A stretch of DNA of 64,000 nucleotides from positions 217,124,001-217,188,000 of the forward strand of contig OX597814.1 of NCBI GenBank assembly GCA_951406725.2, in the 5' to 3' direction. The stretch's first letter is position 1. Each line of letters starts with the position of its first letter. The stretch is from Octopus vulgaris (lineage: Eukaryota). A program made the translations under genes and the position numbers. This document shows positions 50,429 through 63,406 of the stretch, in pieces. The notes under the pieces are model-generated. The model had not been told where the DNA came from. It made no database searches and saw only the letters and a list, made by a program, of their open reading frames with translations.

Positions 50429-50519
50429 CTAGCAGTAATACCCGTTGTTGATCGGGTAATTACTTTACTCTTTCTCAGGAGCCACATTCAAAGTATTATT
50501 ATATATATATATATATAGA
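50429..50519 (-). mobile_element. Miniature Helitron H5 (91 bp)
   Basis: Minus strand A|TCTATATAT.. TACCCG-ATCAACAA-CGGGTA hairpin ..CTGCTAG|T. Confidence 0.7.
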
Positions 50520-51006
50520 TTTACTCCTCTTGTATGTGTGTATTTTATAAGAAAAAATCATGTAATAATTGAAGTAGAAAAAAGATCAATTTCATACATG
50601 AACTTCTGTTTGTTTATTATATGACAATAAGTGAGTAGTATGTGTTATTTTATATATCAATACAGTAATGGCAATTATATAATAGTCAAGGCTTTGGTTC
50701 GCACAGAGCTGTAATGAAAGAGAATTGCCCAATGTGCCGCATAGTGGGACTGAATCCTCAGCGACATGGTTGGAAAGCAAGCTCCTCAACCACACAGCCA
50801 CGCCTATAAAGGAGAGATACATTTTGGATAATATACTCCTTGATACAATATGCTTAGATGGGAGGTTTATGGTGAGAAAACCTTTGATTTTAATATTTAC
50901 TCCAAGCCATACAACAACTAACAATGCCACACCGTACAGGGTGTTCTAGAATTAACTTTTTGTTTCAATGAAATTGAGCAAATTTAAAAATAAACAGACA
51001 GAATTT

Positions 51007-51047
<41 letters not shown>

Positions 51048-52687
51048 TAATAATAATAATTGTGTACAGTGCTCAGGTGCACTACAACTCATCTAAAGTG
51101 TATGTATAATCAGGTGTAGTTTCAGCGGATTTCGGAAAGCACGAGGGCCTTAAAGGATGCAGTGTCATGGCTTATGTTTATCTTGAGCTTCTACAGGTTG
51201 ATACTGGTAGGGAAAACATGAACAGGTGGAAGGAGAGAATTATAGAAAGTTGCAGTTTTAATGATAAAGAATTGGATAAAATAATTATACACTTTAATAA
51301 TTTGTTAATTCAGAGGTAGTTGTTTTCATTCTCTCTTCATACATTTATGGTAGACATCAGATGTTAAAGTTAAGAGAGGATGTCTTTTTAGCAAATGGGG
51401 CACACTGTCCTATATTTACATAGACTGAAAGAGAGATATCCTTAGAGGAAAATATTAAAAAGTTTAATAAGAATAGTCACCAACTAGAATTTGGTGGGCA
51501 AAAGTCTTGTAGACTGTGCAAGGCATAAAGCTATTCTTTGCATGACTTTTAGAGTTGGGTGAATGCCTTCCTTTCAGTGACAGTTTCCTCCAGGTGTTGC
51601 AATTGGTGATTTTTGCTTGTTCAACAATAGCAGCAGCAGCAGCTGCAGACTGTTACAAGTTGACACTTGAGGGATTTGGGATTGTGGACTTCTATTGTGT
51701 AAAGAGTGTGGAGTGACATAATAAAGGAGTGTCATCTGAATCATTCATTTATCAGTCTGAAATCAGTCAGGAGTGTTACACATTTTCAGCTGAAGGAAAT
51801 CAGCATAAATTAACCACGTTCTGACTTCACATACAATCAGGTTTAAAGGGTAGACAATAAATGATGTACATTGATACGGGCATGATGGTTGGATGAGGCA
51901 ATGACTTGGTGATCCAATGAGAACAAACAATACATTGGCAGATTAAAAGCTTACTCTTTTTTGATACATGAGAAAGCTATGAACCTTATATTTTATAATA
52001 AAAGATAACATATTTGACAATTATTTGTTTATGAAAGTTCTCAAAAGTATTCTGTGATTGAATAGCTTTGTTTCTTGGTTTCTCTCATGGTTTGGATATT
52101 CATGTAACTTACTATGGACTTTAATGAGATAAATGTGTGTGGCAGTTGTTCTAAATCAGAAGTAATGTTGAAAACCTTTGATAATTTTCTTAATTCCTAA
52201 CAAAGGAATTAATCAGTTGAAGACATGCAATTTTTGTGAGGTAGTAAGTCAGACGATTGTCAAATATTTCATTGCTTTGTCAAAAGAGGATGTTGCAGTG
52301 TCTCTTAAAGGTTTCAAATGCAGGAGAGTGAAAGAAATCTGACCCCAAATACTTAAAAACAGAGAGGTGTGTGATAAAGGTTCTCAATGACCAAGTGATA
52401 GTGTTGCACTGAGTGATGGATTAAGTTCAACACCCAAATACAGGAACAATCAAATTTCACTCACAGGGCTTTGGTAACCCTGAGGCTATAGAAAAAGACT
52501 TTTGCTTAAGATTCTGTGCAGCAGTATTGAACCTGAAGCAATGTAATCACAAAACAAACTTCCTAACCACATAGCTATGCCTGTTGTTCCATGGCTAACA
52601 TTTCACTACAGCTGGAATGACATCTAGAAATCATTATTGTTAAAGAATTAGTGGAACAAATGGTAAGACAAAACTATTAATAACAAA

Positions 52688-52910
52688 AGGCGGCGAGCTG
52701 GCAGACACATTAGCGTGCTGGGCGAAATGCTTAGTGATATTTCGTCTGTTGTTACATTCTGAGTTCAAATTCCGCCGAGGTCGACTTTGCCTTTCATCCT
52801 TTCGGGGTCGATAAATAAAGTACCAGATTTGCACTGGGGTCGATGTAATCGACTTTGTCTGTCCTTGTTAGTCCCCTCTATGTTTAGCCCCTTGTGGGCA
52901 ATAAAGAAAT
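52688..52910 (+). mobile_element. SINE family B, young copy
   Basis: Near-identical to 58913-59142; TATTAATAACAAA repeated at the flanks. Confidence 0.88.
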
Positions 52911-53705
52911 ATATTAATAACAAATGAGGATTTTAGTAGATTAGCTGGTTAATCCGGAGTCACTGTTGATGTACAACTATAAGTATAGTTCCCAATGTAC
53001 CACACATATTTAGACTGACTGAATTTGTCTGAATTAATTTCATGTTGGAATGTTTCAAAAGATAAGAAAACTAAGCAGACAGACTGTCGATGGAGGAGGA
53101 GACTTGAATGGCTTTGAACATTTAAAAGTCTCAAGTTCATTCATCTCATTCAATGATGAATGCCATCTCCTTAAAGCCATTTCATTCCACCTATACTGCT
53201 ATTGCTGGTATCCTTGAGAGAAGCTTAGATTCACTAATTCTTTTTCAATTTCCTCAAAATATAGAGATCTTGTGGACTGAAAAAACAAAAAAGCCATACA
53301 ATTTAACAGTTACAACAGTTAAAACCATTGAATTGAAAACAGTCAGTGAAGATAATGACTCACTGGTTAAGTACTCTTAGTTAAGATAAACAATCTTGAT
53401 ATTTTACCAAATCTTTAAATTTTATCAAAGTTAGTTTACTATTTCTATCTTGAAACTTTGATAAAATGTAAATTCTTCTTAACTTTCAAGAATTTAATTC
53501 AGCCTACTCATGGCTTAATGGTTAGAGTGTTGGACTCATGATCATAAGATTGTGGTTTCAATTCCTGGATTGAACAATGAATTTGTGTCCTTGAGCAAAA
53601 AACACTTCATTTCATGTTGCTCCAATCTGGTCAGCTGGTAAAAATTGAGTAATCCTGTCCAGGAAGGAATATATACATCAGAGAAGCTAGGAAACCAGTC
53701 CTATG

Positions 53706-53929
53706 CTCTTTACTCTCTTTTACTCTTTTACTTGTTTCAGTCATTTGACTGCGGCCATACTGGAGCACTACCTTTTTTTAGTCGAGCAAATCGACCCTGG
53801 GACTTATTCTTTGTAAGCCCAGTACTTATTCTATCGGTCTCTTTTGCCGAACCGCTAAGTGACGGGGACGTAAACACACCAGCATCGGTTGTCAAGCAAT
53901 GCTAGGGGGACAAACACAGACACACAAAT

Positions 53930-53967
<38 letters not shown>

Positions 53968-54146
53968 ATATATACGACAGGCTTCTTTCAGTTTCCGTCT
54001 ACCAAATCCACTCACAATGCCCCGGGCATTGGTCGGCCCGGGGCTATAGCAGAAGACACTTGCCCAAGATGCCACGCAGTGGGACTGGACCCAGAACCAT
54101 GTGGTTGGTTAGCAAGCTACTTACCACACAGCCACTCCTGCGCCTA
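53706..54146 (-). mobile_element. SINE family A
   Basis: Full-length homology. Confidence 0.88.
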
Positions 54147-54479
54147 TGGAGTAATGTAGACAAACATATTCATCTAGATCTCTGCATTTCTTTAAATCAT
54201 CTTTAAGTTGCCAAAGTCATGACAACTGTCTGTACTGAATCATTATAAATAATAATATTGGTTTCTAACATTTGCATAAATTTCTAAATATATAAGAGAT
54301 TAGCATAGTTGATTAAATAAACTCTCAGTATATTATAGGTACTTATCTTTACCCTGGTGGAATGGAAGACAAAGATAACTTTAGCAGGATTTGAACACAA
54401 AGCAGAAACGAGCAGAACTAAATATTATAGATATCTAATCTGACACCAAACTATTACTGTTAATCACTATTATTATTAT

Positions 54480-54697
54480 AATAATAATAATAATAACAAC
54501 TTAGATTGGTTTTGGCCATTATCAGTCCAACCATGACCAACTCAATAGCACTACCTGGAAAACTTTTTTAGTTATTTATTTCAGGACACCATGGACCACT
54601 CAAGCAGAGAGTTGTTGTTGGTTGAGGTGTATCCGGGTGTAGGTGGTTTATCCGGTATTTCCTGGAGGAATTTGTCTGGGTAACATTTGAAAGTTGT
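54480..54697 (-). mobile_element. CR1-group LINE 3' end running into the gap
   Basis: FKCYPDKFLQEIPDKPPTPGY..NNSLLEW resembles the invertebrate CR1-group C-terminal FKxxLDxFLxxIPDxP..NSL motif; (ATT)n tail. Confidence 0.55.
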
Positions 54698-54797
54698 NNN
54701 NNNNNNNNNNNNNNNNNNNNNNNNNNNNNNNNNNNNNNNNNNNNNNNNNNNNNNNNNNNNNNNNNNNNNNNNNNNNNNNNNNNNNNNNNNNNNNNNN
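54698..54797. other. Assembly gap (100 N)
   Basis: Run of N; a round 100 usually marks a gap of unknown size. Confidence 0.99.
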
Positions 54798-55152
54798 TGC
54801 AAGCGTAGATATCAGCATTAGAAATATGAGTTCCTTTCGGGGTCGATTAAATAAGTACCAGTTACGCACTGGAGTCGATGTAATCGACTTAATCCCTCTG
54901 TCTGTCTTTGTTTGTCTCCGCTATTTTTATCCCCCCTGTGGGCAATAAAGAAATAAATATTATGGTGTCTCTTGCATGAAAGCTTTGATCAGGTATCATT
55001 TTTGTGTACATAGTAAACCAGCGTTAATTAGAAAGAGCATGGAAATTTGTGTGAGGGAATACAATAATTCAAATGGCATTACAAGACTGACAAAGCAAAA
55101 ACGACTTAATCTATTTACCGTACTTGCCGGCGTATAAAAAGCAATCTTAATT

Positions 55153-55254
55153 TATACATACATACATACATGCATACATACATACATACATACATACATA
55201 CATACACGCATACAAACACGCATACATACATGCAAACATACATACATACATACA

Positions 55255-55287
<33 letters not shown>

Positions 55288-55556
55288 CCATACATACATG
55301 CATGCATACATACAAACATACACACATACAAACATACATACAAACATACATACATACATATATACATGCATACATGCATACATGCAAACATACATCCATA
55401 CACACATACATACATACAGACATACATACATACATCCATACATACATACATCCATACATACATCCATACATACATCCATCCATACATACATACATACAGA
55501 CATACACACATCCATCCATCCATCCATCCATCCATCCATCCATCCATACATACATA
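55153..55556. repeat. Compound (TACA)n/(TCCA)n microsatellite, about 400 bp
   Basis: Directly visible. Confidence 0.95.
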
Positions 55557-55801
55557 TACTTTGATATTTTATAGAATATTTTGTGTCGATATACACTTTT
55601 AGTATGCTACATTAGGATCTTTTGTCCCAAGATTCTTTAAGGTGGTTTCGTTAGGGAAAATGCATGATCTTATGCATGCAAATACAATGCCGTGGCAACA
55701 GACTGCAATAAAGTGGGAAACCAGAATTCTTTTTAATAAACAAACTGCGTTAAACGAGTCCTGTATTTCATCTTCTTGAGACCAACTGTTTAATTGTTTA
55801 T

Positions 55802-56189
55802 GTGGAGGCGCAATGGCCCAGTGGTGAGGGCAGCGGACTCGCGGTCATAGGATCGCGGTTTCGATTCTCAGACCGGGCGTTGTGAGTGTTTATTGAGCGA
55901 AAACACCTAAAGCTCCACGAGGCTCCGACAGGGGATGGTGGTGGTCCCTGCTGTACTCTTTCACCACAACTTTCTCTCACTCTTACTTCCTGTTTCTGTT
56001 GTACCTGTATTTCAAGGGGCCGGCCTTGTCACTCTCTGTGTCACGCTGAATATCCCCCGAGAACTAAGTTAAGGGTACACGTGTCTGTGGAGTGCTCAGC
56101 CACTTACACGTTAATTTCACGAGCAGGCTGTTCCGTTGATCGGATCAACCGGAACCCTCGTCTTCGTAACCGACGGAGTGCTTCCATCC
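55802..56189 (+). mobile_element. SINE family D
   Basis: 10-bp TSD AATTGTTTAT. Confidence 0.9.
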
Positions 56190-56760
56190 AATTGTTTATA
56201 TTTTGAGAATTGTCATGTAAAATTCGCATTTCTGGTGTTACGACGACCGGCCACTGCTATTATTTTATTCTCATTCACTCAATGTAAATAGATGAAAGTT
56301 TAAGATGCCTTTGGTCTTTGCAGAAGAAATTTATTTAGAAACTTAAAAAAAAAAATTTTTTTTCTTAAAAGGTAAAACTGTCATTAAATAATGTAAGATA
56401 TATATCAAGTGTGCGCGATGTAAACTGGGGAAGGAGACATAAAGGGATGATGTGACCTCACTGAACTGCCGACGTACCGTAAGTAATTCTTCTTAAATTT
56501 ATGCCAACAGACTGATATTTTCACTTCTTTTCAATATTTCATTATTAGTAGCAATTATTGTGCTTAGTGAGTAGACATATGCTGATCCGGCTCCCTAGCC
56601 TCTAAGTCCCTCATCCATAATACGGCTGCATAAGGCTCCAGGCAATTATTTGATATCTTTAGGTGTAAAAAGACAAAACCAAAATAAACGCGCGTCTTAT
56701 TCGCCGGCAAATGCGATATTACGTTTTAAATACTATTTTTAACAGTAATAATACTTAGTT

Positions 56761-57165
56761 AGGCGCAGGAGTGGCTGTGTGGTAAGTAGCTTGCTAACCA
56801 ACCACATGGTTCCGGGTTCAGTCCCACTGCGTGGCATCTTGGGCAAGTGTCTTCTGCTATAGCCCTGGGCCGACCAATGCCTTGTGAGTGGATTTGGTAG
56901 ACGGAAACTGAAAGAAGCCTGTCGTATATATGTATATATATATGTGTGTGTGTGTTTGTGTGTCTGTGTTTGTCCCCCTAGCATTGCTTGACAACCGATG
57001 CTGGTGTGTTTACGTCCCCGTCACTTAGCGGTTCGGCAAAAGAGACCGATAGAATAAGTACTGGGCTTACAAAGAATAAGTCCTGGGGTCGAGTTGCTCG
57101 ATTAAAGGCGGTGCTCCAGCATGGCCGCAGTCAAATGACTGAAACAAGTAAAAGAGAGAGAGAGA
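56761..57165 (+). mobile_element. SINE family A, young copy
   Basis: Full length, CpGs intact. Confidence 0.88.
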
Positions 57166-57849
57166 GTTAATTTCATACTTTTCTATTTCTACCAACAAAA
57201 CATATTCAAAAGATTCCAGCCTTGACCACCAGATCCGGTTTTGAGCCAATTAGATTGATTCGTTCAAATTGGGCCCTGCACCAAGAGAAGGCCCTGCGCA
57301 CACGCTTGAGCGGAGAACGGTAGGATGGATTAAACCATTTGCCTACGTCAAGCATAAATGTCCACGCGATTCTTTTTACCTTTCGTGCGACACACGGATT
57401 TATCTCATGACTTTAGAAAAACGTCTCACTTATATAAAATAGAGGGCCTTTCTGACAATTCTCTAACCAGGTTCCGCACTTCCTGGCGCCGGCCTTGTTG
57501 ACCATTCCGTCACTTTTTCCAATTTGCTTTCTTATTTTTATCGTTTATATTCCTTATATGAGGGCGACAGATACATTAATCAAGATGTAATAAATGATTA
57601 TGGATTCGTTTATGAAATTCTTTTGTATTTAATACCGATAAAGCAAGCGATTTGATTTTAAGACGCTGAACATTTACTAGAAAAAAAATCTAGTTAAATT
57701 GCAAGTAAAGTAACAGATTTGTTTTGCAAAAAGCCCTGTTTCTCCTTACACACACACACACACACAGACACATATATATATATGAGAAACAGGGCTTTTT
57801 GCTAAACAAATCTAATCTGTTACTTTACTTGCAATTTAAATATATATAT

Positions 57850-58475
57850 AGGGAGAGTTTACGGAAAAAACAAAAGACAAAGAGAGGTGGTGTACAAAAC
57901 AAACAGATGTATTAGTATAACGCTCAGGAACAGAAAAAAGTCTTTTACGTTTCGAGCCTACGCTCTTCTACAGAAAGGGACACAGAAAAAAAAGGAGAGA
58001 AACAAGGAGAGAGAAAAATGTGTGTAGTGGCTAACGATCTATCATGGCGACTAGTGTCGGACAGAAGGGTCAAACACAGGAAGGAAAGTAGGGGAGATAA
58101 CAAGGTAAAGATGACCCCCCCCCAACACAAAGGTGCGTGTGTATAAGAGAGTATGTATGTGCGTGTGAAAGAGGGCTGGTGGTCTGGACGTGTGCGTGTA
58201 TGTATGTGTAGGTGTGAAGATGTGGGGATGGGTGTGTGGGTGGTGTGTTGTGATGTGATGTGTAATGTTGCATGGTGTAGTGTGGTGTGGTGTGAGGTTG
58301 TTGGGAGGTGGGGGAGGCGAGATTGGGGAATGCACGGGTGGGGTGTGGGTACGGCTGGGGGTTGGGGTAGAGTTAGGGTTTATACGGTGGAGAGAGTACC
58401 AATGTTTCCACGTGGCGGGCTTGATAATTGCTGAGATTTCTTTCTACATGAAACTGCTTATAACCTCGTTAACCC
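57850..58475 (-). mobile_element. Penelope-like 3' end with a variant hammerhead (57942-57977)
   Basis: Minus strand CTTT-CTGTAGA-A-GAGC(GTAG)GCTC-GAAAC-GTA-AAAG; homologue at 18388-18590; ends in (TA)n. Confidence 0.6.
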
Positions 58476-58816
58476 AGAAACACACACACACACATACACA
58501 CACATACACACACACAAATAATACAAGGAAACTTACTAACATGATTATCAAAGGGCAGTACCTATGCTAACGAAGTAAACTCAAGTAAAATGTATCCAAA
58601 ACATTACCAATGCCCGGTGATGTATATATATACATATATATATATGGAACAAAAACGCAATAGAGGGCATTAAAATGTTCGGACAGATAGACGACACAAA
58701 GGCGGACAATAGAAACAACAAGTAGAAGGCCAGGCGAAACAAGACGGGTCATTCTTGGTTTTCTTTCATCAGTCAAGTTCCTGAAGTCACGACCATATCG
58801 AGCAGTTACACCCTTT

Positions 58817-58912
<96 letters not shown>

Positions 58913-58915
<3 letters not shown>

Positions 58916-59141
58916 CGGCGAGCTGGCAGAAACGTTAGCACGCCGGATGAAATGCTTAGCGGTATTTCGTCTGTCGTTACGTTGTGAGTTCAAATTCCGC
59001 CGAGGTTGACTTTGCCTTTCATCCTTTCGGGGTCGATAAATTAAGTACCAGTTCCGCACTGGGGTCGATGTAATCGACTTAATACCTATGTCTGTCCTTG
59101 TTTGTCCCCTCTATGTTTAGCCCCTTGTGGGTAATAAAGAA

Positions 59142-59142
<1 letters not shown>
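58913..59142 (+). mobile_element. SINE family B, young copy
   Basis: Intact tRNA-like head and Meta-like domain; inserted in a (TA)n(GA)n tract. Confidence 0.88.
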
Positions 59143-59219
<77 letters not shown>

Positions 59220-59518
59220 GGAGAGAGAGAAACAGACAGACAAATTGATAGAAATATATACATATGTAATCTCTCTCTCTCCTCTCTCTCTGAAATATAT
59301 ATTGTATGGTATATAAATATTTTATATACATAGCATATATAATATATACATATATTGACATTCTTTTTTCTTTCCCGTTTTATTCTGATTTTCTTAACGG
59401 TTTTTGTGACTCAATGAGAGGAAGTCTAGTACCTCAGTTTAAATCTAGTTTGTAACTGTCTTCCAACACTAATTCGTCTGTTTGAACCCTAGAAGCTGCT
59501 TCCGCTAGAGCGAGAGCG

Positions 59519-59574
<56 letters not shown>

Positions 59575-59734
59575 AGTGTGTGTGAGTAGAGATTTTCCAA
59601 ATGGTATAACGGCTGTCTTAGTAAACAGAATGCTACACATTCTGAGAAATAGTGGTTGGTATTGAGTGGAGAGGGGGTTAGATAAATAACTACATTAGAA
59701 AATCCTTCAGTTTTGATTTACACTTAAACTTATC

Positions 59735-59870
59735 GGAGATGCTAAGTAGAAGCTTAGCGCCTGTCGCCTGTCGTTTGTCGGCCATAGCTCATTTATAAAA
59801 AAAAGTGAAAAGTCTACAAATTCCATATTAACACCACCAGAGATAGCGTTTCTCTTCCGGAATAATTGCT
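59735..59870 (-). promoter_or_regulatory. Possible promoter/TSS region
   Basis: Non-repetitive and CpG-rich; ETS-type CTTCCGG at about 59854 and YY1-like ATGGCCGAC on the minus strand at about 59777-59785. Confidence 0.25.
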
Positions 59871-60519
59871 AACTATTAAAGGTTACTCTGCTCATCTGCT
59901 CTTTCAGATAGGTTTCTTCTTAGCTACTACAACTACTACTACTACTACTAATACTACTACTACTACTCTACTACACACACACAAAAATATACACATACGG
60001 ATAAATACAGAGTCGTGTATATATATATATAAAAATAGATATAAAAATACAAAATGGGACAAGAACGCAAAACATTCAAATAGACGACACAAAAAAAAAT
60101 AAAAAACGGACGGGTCATTCGAAGCCTCTAATCTTCAGTCAAGAACCGGATCATCCTCGCAATTTCGGCTGATTAATCTTGAGATCGCTCCGATCCGGCC
60201 AGCCCCAAGGAAAAACTAAGCTACGAGCATTAGATTTCTTGGAAAAAGGATCGAATGTATACGAAACAAGGACAGAAAAACGGACGATGCTACACGAATA
60301 TAAATACAAAAAATAAAAATAATAATAATAACAGGACAAAAACAACAGGTGTCTTTCGACTTTTGACAGTTCGACTTAGCTTAACTGGCGTATTTGGAAA
60401 ATAATGCCTTACGGCAGACGAAGAAATTGATGTTGTCGTGGCGGTGCTCAGAAGCCGAGAGGCTGGTTGACCGGCGGTCACGTGAGAAGAGAAGAGAGAG
60501 AAAAAAGGGACAAAGGAAT

Positions 60520-60561
<42 letters not shown>

Positions 60562-60842
60562 CAAAGAGGGACAAAGGCACCAAAGAGAGGGAGAAGAGAG
60601 AGAAAGAAGGAATTAAGGAGGGGAGAAGAAAGAGAGCATGCCAAGGATTGGCGGGACAATATATATATATATATATATATATACCCTATATATATATATA
60701 TACCCTTTATTTTTTTTTATCGCAGGCACGATACGCAGATATACGCAATTATTTAAATATATCCACATATACCAACATAGAAAAAACTCATTCTAGTAAA
60801 AAATGGTATATGCTTATTATTAACATTATCAGATTCTGTCAG

Positions 60843-60889
<47 letters not shown>

Positions 60890-61587
60890 AATTTAAGAGA
60901 ATACATTTGTCAAAAATGTTTGGTCGCATGCATGACCATGTAATTAAGATGTGGTTACAGATTAGTCTCGTCTCATGGAATCTTGTACAGATGTCTTCCA
61001 ACATCGCCTCGGGTCGGCCCAAGCCTTGTGGGTAAACTATATCTATTCATGTGTGTTTAGATCTGATTCGTCGTTTGGTTTAGCACCACCACCTAACCTT
61101 CAGGCACCTTTAGTAGAGACCACTCTCTTGTGCTCTTGACGATAGTTTATATATCTTGATGTGTTACTTTCTACTTGAGCAACTTGACGGAAAATTGTAA
61201 GAGTAATTAGAACGTTAGGTAGGATACACTGCGGCATTCGTTCCGGCTCTCAGTGCTCAGAGTTCAAATCTTATCGTGGTCAATTTCGCCATATTATCCG
61301 TTCGGAGTTGATAAATACAGTACCAGTCCAGGACTGTGCCGATTCTTTTCTTTCTCTTTCTACCTCTGTTTTTCTCCTTCTATTTTTCTCTCTTTGGAAG
61401 ATACTGGTTGTGGTCAAATGTTGAGAGGAATGGGCTCTGTCGGATTCTAAAATGCTCAAGACATGCAATAAGCCGTAGAACATGATGGCACCCTACGACC
61501 ACATCAGGAGCTGAGGGCTCGAGCCAAGGCAAAGCAAAGCAAGCCCAGAAGAGGTCGTGGACGATGCCCTTTGTCATTTGTATAACC

Positions 61588-62857
61588 TCTTGGTTCCTAA
61601 ACTGGGGTCCGCGAAGGTGTTGCTAATTTTCAGATTTTTAATGTTCAAACCCTAGGTTTTCTGGTTTTAGCTAAAACTGGAACCATTGAACATGCACTAC
61701 ACAGAACCCCTAATTTACGTGTTTTAAAAAACAAGCATTGATGGTTAAAATAAGGCCTGACCATTTGAAGAATGTTTTGAATGATGTGGTCGAAACGGTA
61801 AATTTTATCAAAGCCAGTTCTCTAAACTCGCGTCATTTTGCTGACTTGTGCAAGGACAATGGCTCCGATTTTGAAACACATTTACTATACTCGCATGTGA
61901 GGTGGTTATCCAAGGGGAGAATACTGAAAAGTCTTCGTTCTACGAAAGGAGATACACGAATTTCTTCGTAATGCTAAAAAAGAACTGCATTAACAATTCT
62001 CCAATACTCGGTCCCTTATATGTCTCTCCTTTTTGGTCGACATTTTTGAATCAGTTAATTCTGTTAACTTAGCATTACAAGGAAAGGACATCACCGTTGT
62101 CCACTCTCATGAAAAAATGACTGCATTTAAAATGAAGCTTTGTTTGTGGCATTCTAAATTGGAATGTGAGAATTTTGCACCATTTCCGAACTTCAATACT
62201 TTCCTTGACATAATGAAATAGCATGTCTTAATTCTTCGCGCTGAAATTACGCGCTGAAAAATACTTCTCCGACCTACAAAAAATACTTCTCCGACCTACA
62301 AAACTTCGAAATAGTTCATCATTTCATCCCCAATCCCTTTGCAATCTCTGTTGTTGACCTTCCGTCAGAAGATTACATCATTCAAGAACAGTTCATCGAC
62401 TTGCTGAATGATGGAGGTACAAAAAACGCCTTCCGTAACATGTGTTGTGTGAATTCTGGATTGAAATGACGCAGTCCTATCCGGATGTCACCAAATTGGC
62501 CCTCAAATTCATCGTTCCGTTCGCAACACTGTACGAATGTGAGACGGATTTTGCGACTTTACTCACAATTAAAACAAAGGCTCGTAATAAATTGGGTGTT
62601 GCGCATGACATTAGGGTTGCATTATCAAAAACGCAGCCTGATTTGGGGGACATATTACAGACCAAACATCCCTCTCATTGAAATTTTTTTTTATCAGTAA
62701 ATTTTATCTCATGAAAAATTACTTTATACAAGTTCATTTTGCTTTGTTCGTCTTTGATTTTTTTTTTTCATTTTAAGGCAGGGATGAGGGTCTGCGAAGC
62801 CGCGATGGGGAGGGGGGTCCGTAGGACGAAAATTTTGAAAAAATTTGGGAACCAAAG
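61588..62857 (+). mobile_element. Internally deleted Buster/Charlie-type hAT transposon
   Basis: TIR TCTTGGTTCCTAAA / TTTGGGAACCAAAG; 8-bp TSD GTATAACC / GTCTAACC with central TA. Confidence 0.88.
61738..62681 (+). pseudogene. hAT transposase C-terminal half (ZBED5/SCAND3-like), frameshifted
   Basis: VVETVNFIKASSLNSRHF..HVRWLSKGRIL; DIFESVNSVNLALQG; hATC dimerisation motif FW..YPDVTKLALKFIVPFATLYECE..IKTKARNKL. Confidence 0.88.
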
Positions 62858-63162
62858 GTCTAACCAATTGAAAAAGGCATATCTTGTATTTTTTATCTTT
62901 TACTTGTCATTGAACTGCGGTTATGCTAGGGAACCTCTTGAAGAGCTTCGGCGAACAAATCAACCACAATACTTATTTTTTAACGCCAGTAACTTATACT
63001 ATCGGTTCTCTTTCGCCGAGCCGTTAATGTTATGGGGACGTAAACAAACCAATACCGGATGTCAAGCGATGAGAAGAAACAAACACAAGCAGAAACATAC
63101 ACATTTTCATTAATATTTAGAAGAAGTAACAGAGTGATTCAAGGTCCGAGAGTTTCGTGCGT

Positions 63163-63220
<58 letters not shown>

Positions 63221-63226
<6 letters not shown>

Positions 63227-63406
63227 CCAATTAAGGACTGAACACGAAAAGTGGACAGTCAACATGCTAGATATAGACGTCAAATCGCCATTCTCCACAA
63301 AAGATTATGTTCTCAAATCAATTGATTTGAGAACATAATCTTTTGTGGATATACGTCTATATCTATGTTGATATCCACTTTTCGTGTTCATCCTTATTGG
63401 TATATA
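63221..63406. repeat. Near-perfect spacerless palindrome in (TA)n
   Basis: Centre AAATCAATTGATTT at 63321/63322; arms of about 85-100 bp with small indels. Confidence 0.85.

Larger units (their letters stand above)
55118..56716. mobile_element. Non-autonomous pogo/mariner-like element containing a microsatellite and a SINE
   Basis: TA|CCGTACTTGCCGGCGTATAA ... TTATTCGCCGGCAAATGCGA|TA inverted termini. Confidence 0.55.

Noticed and set aside
51500-53400. Very old LINE RT region
   Set aside because: Only faint motif echoes (KTFD, DG.SS); boundaries and family cannot be supported.
55115-55602. Long 130-150 aa ORFs (MYVCMYV.., HTYIHTY..)
   Set aside because: Translations of a tetranucleotide microsatellite that has no stop codons.
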